In this document: piece by piece, positions 1 through 14,100 of the stretch | Numbering within the stretch: position 1 is the stretch's first letter | How the letters are laid out: the number at the start of each line of letters is the position of its first letter | Assembly: GCF_028641065.1 (NCBI RefSeq) | Contig: NC_073407.1 | Location: 8,308,001-8,372,000, forward strand | Direction: 5' to 3' | Length of the DNA: 64,000 bases | Origin: Leucoraja erinacea | Taxonomy: Eukaryota | Translations under genes and position numbers: made by a program | Notes under the pieces: model-generated | Seen by the model: the letters and a program-made list of their open reading frames with translations, nothing else | Database searches by the model: none | Told to the model about the DNA's origin: nothing

Positions 1-3000
1 AGGGAGAAATGCAATTTGGTGTGGGATCTTTTGGAGGTAAAATGTAATTTTGTTTTTTAAAGTGCAGACCAATGATATTTGAGAGGTTTGATTCTGATCC
101 ACCCTTCCCCATCACATCCATTGTAAAAACTTTACATGTTTTGACCACAAAGCTAGGAGAATATTGATCACGATTCTGGCTGTTGATCGTGATTTATTTA
201 CTCTGCTGCAGCTGCATTTTTGACTTGCTGGGTAAATGAGATTAGTCTTACTGGGAAAGCTAACTACAGTCCAGTAATAGTAGTGAGTAGTGCTGGCTGT
301 GTGTGGTCCACTGGAGATCCATGTTAGTCTATCTCAATGCAGAAGTTTGTCTGCATTGATTTGATCATTTAGCTTCTATCGTTTACCTGTGTGAGCGAAT
401 GTCAAGTACTCAAATACTAATTTCTGGGTGGTTTTAATCTATCAATGGCATCAAAATATATTGCCTTTTCTACATCGTCGCTGGGTCTAAATTCTGGAGC
501 ACATTTCCAAATGTCCTGTGGGGTGCTTTCACTGGAAAGACAGCACTGGTTCAGGCAGATGGCCAACCACAATGTTTTCCAAGGAGAGTTACAGTGGACA
601 ATAAGGCTGAGATGCCTTGCAACGACACCTGCCTCCTTCTGGCCTACTCCTGCACACATTGGCCTACTCCTGCACCTATTCCTGCGTCTATTGTCTATTG
701 ACAAAAAAAACCCTTTAGGATGTTACTTGAGCCTTCTCATTCATCTGATTATTTTAAAGGCCACGTATCTACAATTGCCAGCAGTCTACTTTCTGACTTT
801 GATCAGCTACATGTGCATGAAGAGTAAGAATATGAGCAACAAAATTATCAAGCAAGAATTGTCTAAAATGAAGAAGGAAAGAAGCAAGCAAAACATGCAT
901 AGCTGTTCAAGCTTTATAAACATCCATTCCTTATGCAAAAGAATCATGGACAAGTGTTCTTCCTAAACAAGGGTGATTATATGGTAGAAACAAGGAACTC
1001 CAGATGCTGCTTTACACAATAGGACACAAAGTGCTCGTGTAGCTCAGTGGGTCAGAAAGCAACACTGGAGAATGTTTATAGATGACGTTTCGGGTCAGGA
1101 CCCTTCTCCAGATATTATATGGTAGCCTGGAATTTGTCCCGTAAAAGCGAACTTTAAAATTTTCATATTGATCGAGGCCCTCTGTCCAAAAATGGAATTC
1201 CAGGCATACAAAATAAACCTAAGCATGAATTTAAATTTTGCTAATGCCTCTCTACCAAACAAAGGATATTCTTGTCTTGGCCAGCTGTGCATTAAAGATT
1301 TGATTTCTGAAGTGAGGGGGTAGTCAATGACTGAGCAAGATTTGTCTATTCTTGAGTTGACAAGAATGATTGCATTCATGGAGAAGTGCAGGATTCTGAA
1401 AAATATGTCATTTAAACAAAATGGAGATAAGGGATCATCGACTCTGGGAAAGGGGTAATTGAGAAATAATCTGAAAGGGTTTGTTTCTCCAGCAGTTGTA
1501 GATTTCTGGCATTGTCTACCATCATAGGCTGCAGTTCAGTGTATTTATATACACACACTGAACTTTTTCTCCTTTATTATATTGTTAGCAGAATACTATG
1601 ATTACATATTGCTGCTGCAAGTAAGAATTTCATTGTTCTATCTGGGACATATGACAATAAAACGCTCTTGACTCTCTTGACTAAGAGATTTTAAGATGGT
1701 TTTATACTAGCTTCATGCATAAGGCCCTGTAATTTCATGAATATATATACAAAATTATTAGAATCTTGCATCTTAATTTGAAGAGAAATTTCCAATTTAC
1801 ACTCATTGTATATTTAAACTGCTAAATTTGAATAAATATCAATGTGATATCAAATTATGGTAACAAAAGTGGCACATAAATGCCTGGGGAAGGGGAGAGG
1901 GTGGTGATTTGTTTGGCCAAATATTATATTCACTAAGGAGGTTGAGTGTATTTTATAGGGATTTGTATACTTGCCAGTTATTGTAAAACCAGCTGGTCTT
2001 TTAATCTAAATGTCCAAAGTGGAAGCAGTTCAAATGTTTGCTCTTTAAATTCTAAATAACTTTCCTTATTTTTAGATAGATTGCAATGCCACCCCATTTA
2101 ATAACTGTAATATTTGCACAATGCTGCTCCCGTTGCGATGGGAAGTTGTTTGAAGGCAGCTTGCAGATGGGTGAAGTTGGGTGCTGGAGGTGTCATCCAG
2201 GGAGAACCATAAATGAAACCATTGTGCGATAATGGCATGCATGCATATCTTTCATATTCTTGAGAGCAGACATAAAAATAAACTGTTTTGCTGTGAACTT
2301 GGAAACTTTATCCTCTGAAAGCGCGCACACTTTAATCAATCTCATTTAGACCACATCTGTCAGATGCGAAAACCGGGGAGTAATGACGGGCTGCATATGA
2401 ATTCAGTGTTTGTTACTGACAGTGATGCGAACAGCCTGCCACAGGGCTCAGGTGTGGAAGTCCGCAGGCTAGTACCACCAGCTGACATTTTAAGTTTTAA
2501 TGACTCCATGGGAAGGTGACCGCTTGCTGTGAGGTTTGCTTACCAGATCAAGACAGCCGGCAATGGAGATAAAGCAAGACTATTAGTGTCTCGGTGAATA
2601 CCCTGACAAAGCATTTTTTTAAAAACAAGTCATGAGTCTCTGATTATTGTGTCATTATTTCCGTAGCTGTAGTCTCTAGTCCTGACTGCTCGGACAATTA
2701 CACTGCAGTACCTGGTTGAAGCAAAGTGCCATCTCCCAAAAAGACATGAATATGTTGTCTACTCCCACGGGGGTACTTACAGCCAATATTTTATTGAATT
2801 ATGGCAAACAGAACTGGATTATGGAATACATTACTTTTGTTTATTTTTGAGTACAAGCAATTTTTGTCTCTTAAAAGATTTATAAAAGATGAGGATTAGC
2901 CCAGGTCATATTTCATCCTGGCGTAAGCTGCCTACTTCACTTCCATGCGAAGTGATTGTTAATGGCGCATTAATCATTTTAAATTTCCATTGATATGATT

Positions 3001-5483
3001 GTAATCCCATCAGTTTTATTTGAAAGCGCTATGGCTAATGAATTCATTTAAACTGGACAGACCTATGTTGAAATGATCCTAGTGCTCCTGCAGTGGCAGG
3101 TGTTACATTTGCATTAAAAATAACATGGTCGATGTAAGAACAGTCGGGTCAATGGACAAATGACATTTTGCTTAAATTTGTAATCATTTCTAACTTTTTT
3201 TCCCACAGCCAAAAACAATGGCAAACAATTCAGTTTGACTTCGGTCACATGTTTTAGAAGTATTTCTAAATTTTAAATACAATGCTTCGATAAGATGTTT
3301 TTGCCTTCTACTTTTCCATGGGTCATTTATTATTAACTGGGACAAACTGTGTCAATTTCTGTAGTATAAAGTGCGCAGATTTCTGCAATGTAAAAAGTGA
3401 TCATCACGGGAAGTACAAACTAAAAACAAAAGGCGTAAGCTGCTTTATGTTAATATATATTAATTACACTGTGACTAAAGAGTGCCACTGATTTAATAGT
3501 TTAAATGAAAAATAAACTATAATTCACAGTTCTTAAGAAAATGAAATATTGCTGATCACAAAGCAGATTATTGAGCCTGGCTCTTGAGAATAGTTTTTGT
3601 TAAATATGATGGAAAACAGCCACACATTAATGTGAGGGATGAAAAGCTATATAACAGTGTAGCCTCCAGTGGTTTGAATCTTCTGAAGCATGAAGATGCA
3701 TTTGCTTTATAACTTGCAGGGTGGAAAAAAAATCACTTCTAAAATAAAAGTCACAAATTGGCATTACTGCATCTGGTGTAAATAAGGATTATCTTCTCAT
3801 AACCATATGGTTTAAAGTACTTAAAATCTTTACCATTCTCTTGCTGTTCACAACACCGTTTTGCTAGCCTGAATCTGCAAAGAGTGGCGGTACAGATGAA
3901 GGAAAATCTCAGCATCAAATGCGTTCCCTTTACGGTTCTAAAGCAGGACTGTGTCCGAATATCACATTCTTCTTCCTGAAAAGCATGTTGAGTCTTTTAA
4001 GCATTTTGTGTCTTTTTCTGTGATATTCGTTGTGTGACAAGTAGCAGAGAGAGAAAAAAGCAATGTGCTTTGTTTGAGGTTTTCGTAACTTTGGTACAGT
4101 TAACACCAGCCGGGGTTCATAAATAGATAGCTGGATCTGGTAATGGTGAAGCTCCTACTGAATGATGGCTGCTTTACCAAAGCCAAAAGAAAAGAAAATA
4201 AGATCTACTTGTGTAATAGAATAAGTGTATAAACAATAGAAATCATATTAAAAAGATATATTTCGATTTGGTTGCTACAGATCCTTGTATGTTTGTATTT
4301 TAATTTTCAATTTACATTTTAAATATTTAAAATTCAAGAACATTTTATTTTTAGATACGTTAAAAACAACAGTTTTAAGTAATACTTAGCTTGGGGGTCT
4401 CCAGAAAAATGTCCCCCAGTTGGGCAATATTTTATGACCAACCATTTGGGGATTTGCAGGTGGCAGCAGAAATGTATTCTTTTTTTTCTTCTCAGTCAAT
4501 GTTTTTTAAATTATGTTTTTTTCTACAAGGATACTGTCTCTTAAATAGTGTGTAGTAAAATTCACAGCTCAGTGGGTTTGAAACTCCTGCTCTAAAATGT
4601 CTGTTATATATACATGGGAATTTATACCTTGCCAGCTAAGAATTTGTGACAACATTGTTGTTTTTAAAGGACCAGACTCTGCTCTTGATGGGTTCCAGTT
4701 CTTGTTGGTGTGCAGTTCTTCAGATAATGAGCCTGGATGCAAAATTCAACTGTCAGAAGCTCATTTGTATAATCTCAGATTGCATGACCAGATACACAAA
4801 TTACATGCAGCTCAGTACCGCAGCAATGTATAAATCATTTTCTAGAATGACAATGCTCAGAATGCCTGCTAGTTCTAAATGCACCAGATTGTCAGTGTTA
4901 TAAATATTTTATCAAACACTGTTGTTGATTAGCAGTACATGCTGAGATTTTTATTTATCTCACAGGGTGTTAATTCCTTTGGTACCTTCTAAAAATGGCT
5001 ATTAGTGGTCAATTTAATGACTTTTGCTATTGCTCTGGCTTGCTGTGCACCGTGATGCAGCTGAGGTGACCGTTACATGACTGGTGTGGACCTTTTCACA
5101 CTTCCCGCAAGTGCAGCTCATTTGTCATCTGGCAGTAAATCGAGCTGCACATAAGAGCCCAGGGACACATTCGGTGATGGTCTGATGGAAGTGAGCAGAT
5201 AGTGCTGTAAAGGCTGCTTGTCACAGATGACTTGTGCTGTGGCACATCATTCCATTCAGGCTCCTTTAAGGTAAAGCGCTCGAGCTCCAGGAGATGCTGA
5301 TTGCATCGGCTATGTTATTGTATGCAATCGGGTATTTGCACCATGTTCTGAGCTACTCATTGCATATATACAGTACATAGCAAACACTCAGCAAAATTTT
5401 CTCGGAGAATGTCCATGTACTTTATGTCTGATACCTGTACTGAAAGATGCAGGAAGTTTGTAATTCTCCTGGATTCTTTGAAA

Positions 5484-5773
5484 GATATAGCATGGACACA
5501 AACCCTTTGGCCCACAGAGTCCACACTGACCATCGATCAGCTGTTCACACTTGTGTTCTATATCATCCCAATTTCACAATCACTCCCTACACACTCGGGG
5601 CAAATTCTAGAGGCCAAATAACCTACAAGCCAGCACTTCTTTGGGATATGGAAGGAAACCCACGTGGTCACAGGGAGAACATGCAAACCCCACAAGGACA
5701 GCGCCTGCGGTTGGGATTGAACCTGGGTCATTGGTGCTGTTTATCCAGCAGCTCTACCAGCTGCACCACTGTG
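5484..5773 (-). mobile_element. HE1-like tRNA-derived V-SINE
   Basis: Reverse complement of the repeated tRNA-like head (GGTGCAGCTGGTAGAGCTGCTG...GGTTCAATCC), the V-domain (GGTTTCCT(T/C)CCA) and a LINE-type tail. Confidence 0.75.
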
Positions 5774-8577
5774 TTGCACTGAGCTCTATCAGCTGCTCCA
5801 TTGCCACACTGTACCTGTGCAAGGTATATTTCAAATGTATTTGTTACCATGGCATTTTAGCTAAAGGTGGTATGGCTGAGAGTTCCCATGCTCAAGTTGG
5901 ACAAGATAAAAAAGATCTAAAATTGTCGCTGACGTGGCTGCGGAAGCTCATGGCTTTGAGTTCGGTAGTATTATATTTTCACACATCCACAAAGGGACAG
6001 CAGTCCGAATTTTGTGTAAAGATCAAGGTGTAATTTAGGCAGGAACATGTAAGATTAAAAATAGAGGAACATTGAAATTGTTGACAGTTTACGGTGCTGC
6101 TCACTGGTATCCCCTGAGGGATTGTCTATAAGTGCAAGGGAAATTTTGTATGATAACTTTTGACATAGATTCATATAGCATGGAAACCGGCCCTTCAGTC
6201 TAACTAGCCCACGCCAACCAAAATGTCCCATCTACACTAGCCCCACCTGCTAGTCTTTAGCCCCCATAGCCTTTCTTTCCTTCTGTCGTTGAAAATTAAT
6301 TACTCAAGTTTGGAATAAACCTAAAGGTGGGAAATGGTCAGCATAAATGAGGGATTTTGTTCCTTCAGATTTTCACCTTTGTGGGAGATTCCCACTGATC
6401 TCTTTCCGTCATTTTACATTGTTTTCTGTGCATGATTTCACAATAATTTTCTCTGTTTTAAACTGTATTCGTCAGTATGATTGGCTGCATATATTGTGAT
6501 GTGGCTGCTCGACTATGTTTGGATAGGAGAAGGACTGAGCATATTAATGTAGGCTAGAGTACCCGAGGAGAGAAGTGAGAATGGTAGAGGTTAAAGGGTT
6601 GAGTGGACTAACTGAACTAGTCACAGGTGACAATCTGCAAATCTACATACATCGTGGTATATCGAGGTTGACCTGGGTGATGGCCGGGGGGTGTTAGAGA
6701 AAGCAGTGGCAGCCGTAGAAGATTGCAGCACCAGTGGTGTTCGCACCGTACAGCTTTCGATTTGGAAGAAGAAATAAGGGGTGTTGATTTATTGATCGTG
6801 ATTGTTGTTTATAGCTCGCCTGATGGTAAATTCTCTTTCCTGCTGTTTAATTCCTTACTTCCCGATCCCTGCATTTGAATCTTTTATCAGAGTCTGCCGT
6901 GTATCCTAATCAATGTTCTTCATAATCACTAGTTTCTTTTTCTGAAGAATACAGCCTGTGTCCTGACAGCTGGGGGTCACGGTGCCCCACATCTTTCCTC
7001 CTCTTCATTTCTGGTGTTGGCCGCATATGTCTGTGCGTACCAGCGGCTGCAAACCGCAACACCTGCCAAACAGCTTACTGTGGAGCTTCACAGAAATCAG
7101 TTTGTTCACTTTGAGTTGAGACTCTGAACTGGATGGTACATTTTTCATCTCTGGCCCTTGTCCAAACATCTGTTGATCGAACCCCACACCTGTATTAACC
7201 ACCTGCCTGCCACGCTTTGCCCAGTACCTCTTCCCTTCCAGCTTTCTCCTCCCTCCTGCAATCGGTCTGGAGAAAGGTCCCAACCCGAAACGTCATCTAT
7301 CAATGTTCTCCAGAGACGCTGCCTGACCCGCTGACCCTTTGTGTCGTTTATTTAAATGTATTTTTTCCTTTTGTTTCATACAAAGAAAAACCGTGAAACA
7401 AAGAGATAAAAAAGCAAGTAAACCTGCAAAAAAAATCGGAGGTTAAATAATTTAAATGACTTGTTTGCCCCAAAACAAATCTCTCAAAGATAAAAGCCTT
7501 GGTTAATCCTGTGGAATATGAATGTTTTTAATCAGAGCCGTGTTATAGAGAGGGAGTGGTGAGCATCTTAGATTTCTCTTCACATCTACATGACCACTGA
7601 GAGCATGTAAGAACTGCATCATCTTCTAAGTGGACTGAATGTAAAAGGGCTGGCTCATTTGTGCATAAACCTTCCTGGCTGTTTAACGGTGTAGAGTGAT
7701 TGCAGTGTAACTTTTAACTATTATTGTTCTTTTAACTCACGAAAATGAAACAAACCCAAGAATATATATATATTTTTTGAAAGGTGTACTGTGAAAAGAC
7801 ATCCAGCAGGACTATGTCAAAATTGGGAGGATATGTCCCTCCATAATCCTTCCTTTAATTTGTGGTTGCATGGCATATTGACACAAAAGGCACATTTACT
7901 GTAATTCTAAAGAATTACATCTTCAATGACAGTATCTACACAAACTGCAAATGACTTGCTACATATATGCTGCCATTTGATGATCTTAGTTAAAAAGAGG
8001 AAGGGGGGGGGGTGGTAAATCCACAGAAATTACCAGAAAAAAAAGTTCCACGTTTTCTTTAAAATGTCAATGAATTGCAGTTTGGAAACGGTGCGTGTAA
8101 ACTTGATTCAATAATTTTCCCAGTAGAGGGGGCTATTGTTGTTTCATTGTAATGTCCCACAATACATGCAAGGCGAGTAATGCAGAAGATGCATGAAAAT
8201 CTGGGCAGGAAAATGTCTCAAATTGGCCTTTGTATTGATTGAAGGATCCCGCATGGAAGTAGGCCATACGACCCCTCCGAGTCCACGCCGACCATTGATC
8301 ACTTGTTCACACTGGTTCTATGTTATCTCACTTTCGCGCTCACCCCCTACACACTCGGGGCAATTTACAGAGGCCAATTAACCTACAAGCCCACACGTCT
8401 TTGGGTTATGGGTGGAAGCACCCGGTGGAAATTCACACGCTTATTCCTTTGAAGAGCAATAACTACCGCTTCAGATTTATAATCCAATGCTTGTGCATGC
8501 ACAATTTTTTATCTTTTAACCGTTTCCAAATTATTTCGACTGCTTAATGTGCTCCCTCTCCAAATCCTTTCCACCAG

Positions 8578-8729
8578 GAAGAGGATGCAAAGCAACTTGT
8601 CAAGGATGCGATTGCTGCGGGAATTTTCAACGACCTTGGTTCGGGGAGCAACATTGATTTGTGCGTGATAACGAAGAATAAACTGGACTATCTGAGACCA
8701 CATGACATTGCCAATAAAAAGGGTGTACG
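8578..8729 (+). CDS. PSMB7: Proteasome 20S subunit beta 7 (beta2), penultimate coding exon
   Basis: Acceptor ccaccag|GAA, donor CG|gtaag, 152 nt. Translates [50 protein letters not shown](R), matching the remembered vertebrate PSMB7 segment [21 protein letters not shown]. Upstream exons lie outside the window. Confidence 0.96.
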
Positions 8730-10564
8730 GTAAGCATTTGTTTCTACACATTCAATTTTTCTCTGCAACATTTTCAGTGTGCACAATTTAGCTTAACCCA
8801 ACTGAGTTTACCCATGTGGATGCAAAAAGTTGTTTCCCCCCCATCTACTCTATCAAAGCTCTTAAAATGTAAACATCGCACTTGAATCTCCTCTTGGCCT
8901 TCTCCGAGAGGAATCTAGCCTCTCTCCTCTACGCACCGCCAGCACTAATCTGGTGAGTCTTCACAGCACCAGCTCCAAGAGGTTGCCAAATCTCACAGAT
9001 TGTGGTGCTTGATATCTGCTACGATCATTCTTTCAGTTTATCAGAATTGGTCAGTCTTGAAAAATATATTTCAACCTGCAACGTTTCTCCACAAATTTTG
9101 CCTGATTTGTATTTTTTCAAAATTTCAGATTTCCAGCACCTGCAGATTTGCTTGTCCAGTTTGAATTAGGGTTCCAGCATTGTTTTTTTCTTTACCAATT
9201 TTCCTATGTCTCGCCCATGTTCATTCAGCTTCAGACTCCAAATCCTCTGCAAATTAAAAAAACCTTTGCCACCAACACTCAGAGGCACCATCATTCAAAC
9301 CCCTCTTTATCCTCATCCTACCACTGACTTATTTCGACCTGCTTTACTACTTAAAACATAACAAATTCCCAAACGTTTACTAATTCTAATTGCCGACCAT
9401 GGACTAACTGGTTCTCTTCAGTGAGGCGGGCCTGAGTATATCCAGCATTCCCTTTTTTTCTTTGTTTTCTATGCCATACAATGCCGCAGTTGCTGCAGGC
9501 TTTTGTAACAGCTTTACCAACTTGTCCCGCAATCCTTAAAGAACACCCATTTCCTTTTACGTACATTCATTATATCATAGCATACGAATAGCCCATGCTG
9601 TCTGCTGAACACGATACCAAGCTAAACTAATCTTCTCTGCCTGCACTTGATCCATATTTCTCCATCTGCTAAGGGCATCAAAGGTTACAGGGTGAAGGCA
9701 GGGGAATGGAGTTGAAGGGGAAAATAGATCAGCTGTGATCGAATGGCGGAATAGACTTAATGAACCGAATGGCCTAATTCCGCTCCTATGCCTTATGTTC
9801 TTATCCCCTGCATATCCATGTATACATCCAAAAGCCTTTTAAATGCCTCAATCATATCTGCCTCCACCACCACGTACCCACACTCTCTTTGTGTGTAAAA
9901 AAAAATTGCCCCTTGTGTCACCTGAAATTTTGCCCCATCTCACCTAATTTTTCCTTCCCAAATGCATCAAATTGTTGTACCAGAGGCTTTGTTCATTTCT
10001 GCACTGCGTTATTTTTGCATTCTGCTGCTAAAGAGGTTGCAGTGACAGGCACTTTGCCCACAGTAGAATGGTCACAGAGAGAGCATGAGGTCAATGATTG
10101 TTAGCGGGAAGAATGTTAGCAGATGCCAGTGCACCCTGCTCTTGGAACGTGGGATATTTAACCTCTACTTAAATAGCTAATATGCATGCAGGTACTTGAT
10201 TTGGAACCATTAGTGAATGAGAGGAAGTTATGTTTCGTATGGCCTTTTTTTAAGTCTTTGGGCAAAATCTAGGTTCAGATTACAAAGAGATTGCACAGCC
10301 AAGTTACTGCATAATACCTGTAATCACAATGCCCTCCCACCTCATCCCACCGGAAAGGGGGAAAAGAAGGCCAATAGATTATTGTTTACTGATTCTTTAA
10401 CTAACTTTGTGCAGGATGTCTTTTTCATGGTGGGTGGGTGAGTGCCTGGCACATGCCGCCAGGGATTATGCTGATGGAGGTAGATATAATAGTGGCGTTA
10501 AGAGACATAGATAGGCACATGGATATGCAGGGAATAGTGGATCACATGCAGATAGATTAGCTTC

Positions 10565-11672
10565 TAGAAACATAGAAAATAGGTGCAGGAGGCCATTCGG
10601 CCCTTCGAGCCAGCACCACCATTCATTGTGATCATGGTTGATCATCCCCAATCAATAACCTGTGCCTGCCTTCTTCCCATATCCCTTGATTCCACCAGCC
10701 CCTATCCACCATGCATCTGCCCACACACACACAACCTGTCCAGGTCACCCTGCAACCTCCTAACATCCTCTTCACAGTTCACACTGCCACCCAGCTTTGT
10801 GTCATCTGAAAACTAGCTAGTGCTGCTTCTAATTCCCTCTTCTAAATCGTTAATATATATGATAAACAGTTGCGGCCCCAACACCGAGCCTTAGGGCACT
10901 CCACTCGCCACTGCCTGCCATTCTGAAAAGGACCCGTTCACTCCTATTCTTTGCAACCTGTCTGCCAACCAATTTTCTATCCACGTCAACGCCCTACCCC
11001 CAATACCATGGACTCTAATTTTAGTCACCAGTCTCCCATGTGGGGCCTTATCAAAGGCTTTCTGAAAATTTAGATACACCACAACCACTGGCTCCCCTTC
11101 ATCCATTTTGCTTGTCACATCCTCAAAAAATTCTACAAGATTAGTCAAGCATGATTTTCCTTTCATAAATCCATGCTGACCCATTATTACCTCTTTAATG
11201 ATTGACTCCAGCAGCTTTACCGCCACCGGTCTGGCTAGCTGGTCTGTAATTTCCCATTTTCTCTCTCGCTAGTGGGATAACATTAGCTATCCTCCAATCC
11301 ACAGGAACTGATCCTGAATCTATTGAACATTGGAAAATGATCATCAGTGCGTCCACTATTTCTAGAGCCACCTCCCTGAGGAACCTGGGATGCAGACCAT
11401 CAGGCCCTGGGGATTTATCACCCTTCAGTTCCATTGCCTGCCCAATACTATTTCTCGTCTAATGATAATTTCTTTCAGTTCCTCTACCCCCTTTGATCCT
11501 CTGTCCTCCAGTATTTCTGGGAGATTGTTTGTCTTCCTTAGTGAAGACGGATCCAAAGTACCTGTTCAACTTCTCTGCCATTTCCTTGTTCCCCATAATA
11601 ATTTCACCCGTGTCAGCTTTCAAGGGACCCACATCTGATTTTACTACTCTTCTTCCCTTAACTTATCTAAAG
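10565..11672 (-). mobile_element. CR1-clade LINE fragment (RT domain plus 3' tail, internally deleted, pseudogenised)
   Basis: KSPGPDGLHPRFLRE, DWRIANVIP, QHGFMKGKSCLTNL, FQKAFDK, SGVP*GSVLGP and FSDDTKL are typical CR1 ORF2 RT motifs, with frameshifts and stops. TTTCTATG-type tail at the low end. Confidence 0.9.
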
Positions 11673-12101
11673 AATGTTGGCATCATATGTTGGCATCTTG
11701 TTCGGCATGGACATTGTGGGCCAAAGGGCCTGGTCCTGTGCTATGCTGCACTATTCGATACTCTTTGAGGAACTCCACAGAAAGTACTCGTTTTTTAATT
11801 CCATATTTTCCCAGCATTGGGAGAATGAACATTTTTATCACTAATGCATTGAATAGAAATTATTGATCTGAATGTATTTCTTTCTGCTCCCAACAAAACA
11901 TTCTGCAGTAAGCTTAAAATTTCACTGAACCCAGTTTGTATACAGCTTCCCATTCATGGATATTTGGAGTCACAGAGAAACAGACCCTTCAGCCCAGCTC
12001 ATCCATGCCGACCAAGGTGCCCCATCAAAGCTAGTCTCATTTGCCTGCATATCATCTATATCCCTCTAAACCTCTCCTGTCCATGTACCTGTCCTAAGTG
12101 T

Positions 12102-12268
12102 TTAAGAAGGAACTGCAGATGCTGGAAAATCGAAGGTAGATAAAAGTGCTGGAGAAATTCAACGGGTACAGCATCATCTATGGAGCGAAGAAAATAGGCA
12201 ACGTTTCGGGCTGAAACCTTGAAGTCTGAAGAAGGGTTTTGGCCCGAAATGTTGCCTATTCCCTTCAC
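12102..12268. mobile_element. Inverted pair of PLE terminal units with hammerhead motif
   Basis: Minus-strand unit ...ATAGGCAACGTTTCGGG followed by plus-strand GTCTGAAGAAGGGTTTTGGCCCGAAATGTTGCCTAT. Confidence 0.7.
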
Positions 12269-12543
12269 TTTGTGTGTAAGTGATTATTTTAGTTTGTGTC
12301 CAAGATGGCTGTCGGAAGGGAGAGTGTACGCTGGCGCGCTTTAGCTGCCGCTGCTCTCTCTTCATATTGTGTTTTTGATTTTTTTTTTGTCTTTGGATCG
12401 AATTCTGTCTTTAATTTGTGTATTGGTGATGTCTTTATTATTTATTTTACTCCGATTATATGTTTTTTACTCTTGTTAAATTCTGTAAGGTGTCCTTGAG
12501 ACTTTTGAAAGGCGTCCACAAATAAAATGTATTATTATTATTA
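12269..12543 (+). mobile_element. L2-like 3' end (LINE 3' UTR or L2-dependent SINE)
   Basis: Ends GTAAGGTGTCCTTGAGACTTTTGAAAGGCG...AATAAAATG(TAT)n, the usual fish L2 stem-loop and tail pattern. Confidence 0.6.
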
Positions 12544-13440
12544 CTTGTCCTAAGTGTACGTTAAATGCTGTTATATCTCAAATATATATATATGCTCAAA
12601 TATCTTGTCTGTCAGCTTGCACCATTTACCTACCACATTTTGTGTGGGGAAAAAAGTTGCCCCTCGGGTTCCTATTAAATCTTTCCCCTCTCACCTTAAA
12701 CCTGTGCCCTCTGGTCCTTGATTCCCCCATCCTGGGTAAAGCACTGTGCATATACCCTTTCTATTCCCCTCATGATTTTACACACCTCTCTAAGACCATC
12801 TTTCAACCTCCTGCGCTCCAAGGAATGAAAGTCCTAGCGTGCCCAGCCTTTCCCTATAGCTCAGACCTTCAGGTCCTGGCAACATCCTTACAAGTCTTGT
12901 CTGCACTCTTTCCAGCTTAATACAAGAAATCTAATATAAATAAATAGTATCTGTTCCACCGTGCAAAATTTTGTTGCTTCTGTTGTTTCTCCCCAGCATT
13001 TGCAGAAATAGGATAGCACATAGAACGTGAACAGGCCTTTCGGCCGACATTGTCCGTGTCCGACATGATGCCAAGTTAAACGAATTACCTTTTTCCTGCA
13101 TGTAATCCATATCTCTCCATTCCCTGCATATCCATGTGTCTATCTTAAATACCTCTATAATATCTGCCTACACGACCACCCTGGCTGTGTTCCAGACACA
13201 CATCACCCTCTGTGTGTTAAAAAAACGCCTCTCTCCTTAAGTTCTTTGACCTGGGGGCGGGGGTAAAGGTTTGGACCGGCCATTCTATCTACACCTCTTC
13301 TAAATTTTGAAGCAAGGTATTTTTGTTGTTTGGTAGTGGAGGTTGCATGGCGTAGAGAACACTGGATCAGAAACACAAGCGCAGCTTTAGAGAAATTGAA
13401 ATAAATTATCCATAGATTTATTTTAAAACTTTGCAACAAG

Positions 13441-13710
13441 GGCGGCACAGTGGCACTAGCGTTAGAATTGCCTCCTTACAGCACCAGAGACCCAGGCTCG
13501 ATCCCGACTATGGGTGCAGTCTGTGTGGAGTGTGTATGTTCTCCCCATGGCCGCGTGGGTTTCCTCCCACACTCCAAAGACGTGTGGGTTTGTAGGTTAA
13601 TTGGATTTTATAAAATTGTAAATTGTCACTAGTGTGTGGGATAGTGTTAGTGTACGGTTGATCGCTGATCGGTGCAGACTGGAGGGCTTGTTTCTGTGCT
13701 GTATCTCAAG
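13441..13710 (+). mobile_element. HE1-like V-SINE
   Basis: GGCGGCACAGTGGC...GGCTCGATCC head, then TTTCCTCCCACACTCCAAAGACGT core. Confidence 0.8.
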
Positions 13711-13863
13711 TCTAATAAGGAAAGTCACAGCAAAACTCTTCCAAATTGAATCAAGTTTTGAATCACAGCAAGAGCGATAATTACAATGGTTCCAGTGCTC
13801 AGAAAGCTTGGGTTTCTCTGCTGCTGAGACTTACTGTGTGTTGCATCTTCTCTGTCCCTGCAG

Positions 13864-13975
13864 GCAAGGCAACTACAAGTACAGAAGGGGCGCAACGGGC
13901 ATCCTAACGGAGTTGGTCGCTCCACTGGAGCTTGAAGTGGTGGAGGAAGCTGTGCATACAATGGACACTTCCTGA
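13864..13975 (+). CDS. PSMB7: PSMB7 last coding exon
   Basis: Acceptor tctctgtccctgcag|G completes the CG|G Arg codon. Translates QGNYKYRRGATGILTELVAPLELEVVEEAVHTMDTS* with TGA at 13973-13975. The MDTS C-terminus is PSMB7-type rather than PSMB10-type. Confidence 0.95.
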
Positions 13976-14094
13976 AGAACCTGACCATTGTTATTTTTTA
14001 CCACTTTGATGTGGATGTCCAGAAAATCGAATGATTATATGTAGATTAAAATAACAACTGTAATAACAGGAGACATGTTCAATTTTTTTTTGCA

Positions 14095-14100
14095 AATAAA
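14095..14100 (+). terminator. Likely PSMB7 polyadenylation signal AATAAA
   Basis: AATAAA 120 nt after the stop, followed by pyrimidine-rich sequence. A variant ATTAAA lies at 14045-14050. Confidence 0.65.

Noticed and set aside
445-966. 173-aa ORF on +
   Set aside because: No recognisable domain; includes a TE tail fragment (GGCCTACTCCTGCACCTATT); lies in a PSMB7 intron.
1-8577. Upstream PSMB7 exon (GSGSLAAM...)
   Set aside because: I could not find it by eye in the window; it presumably lies upstream of position 1.
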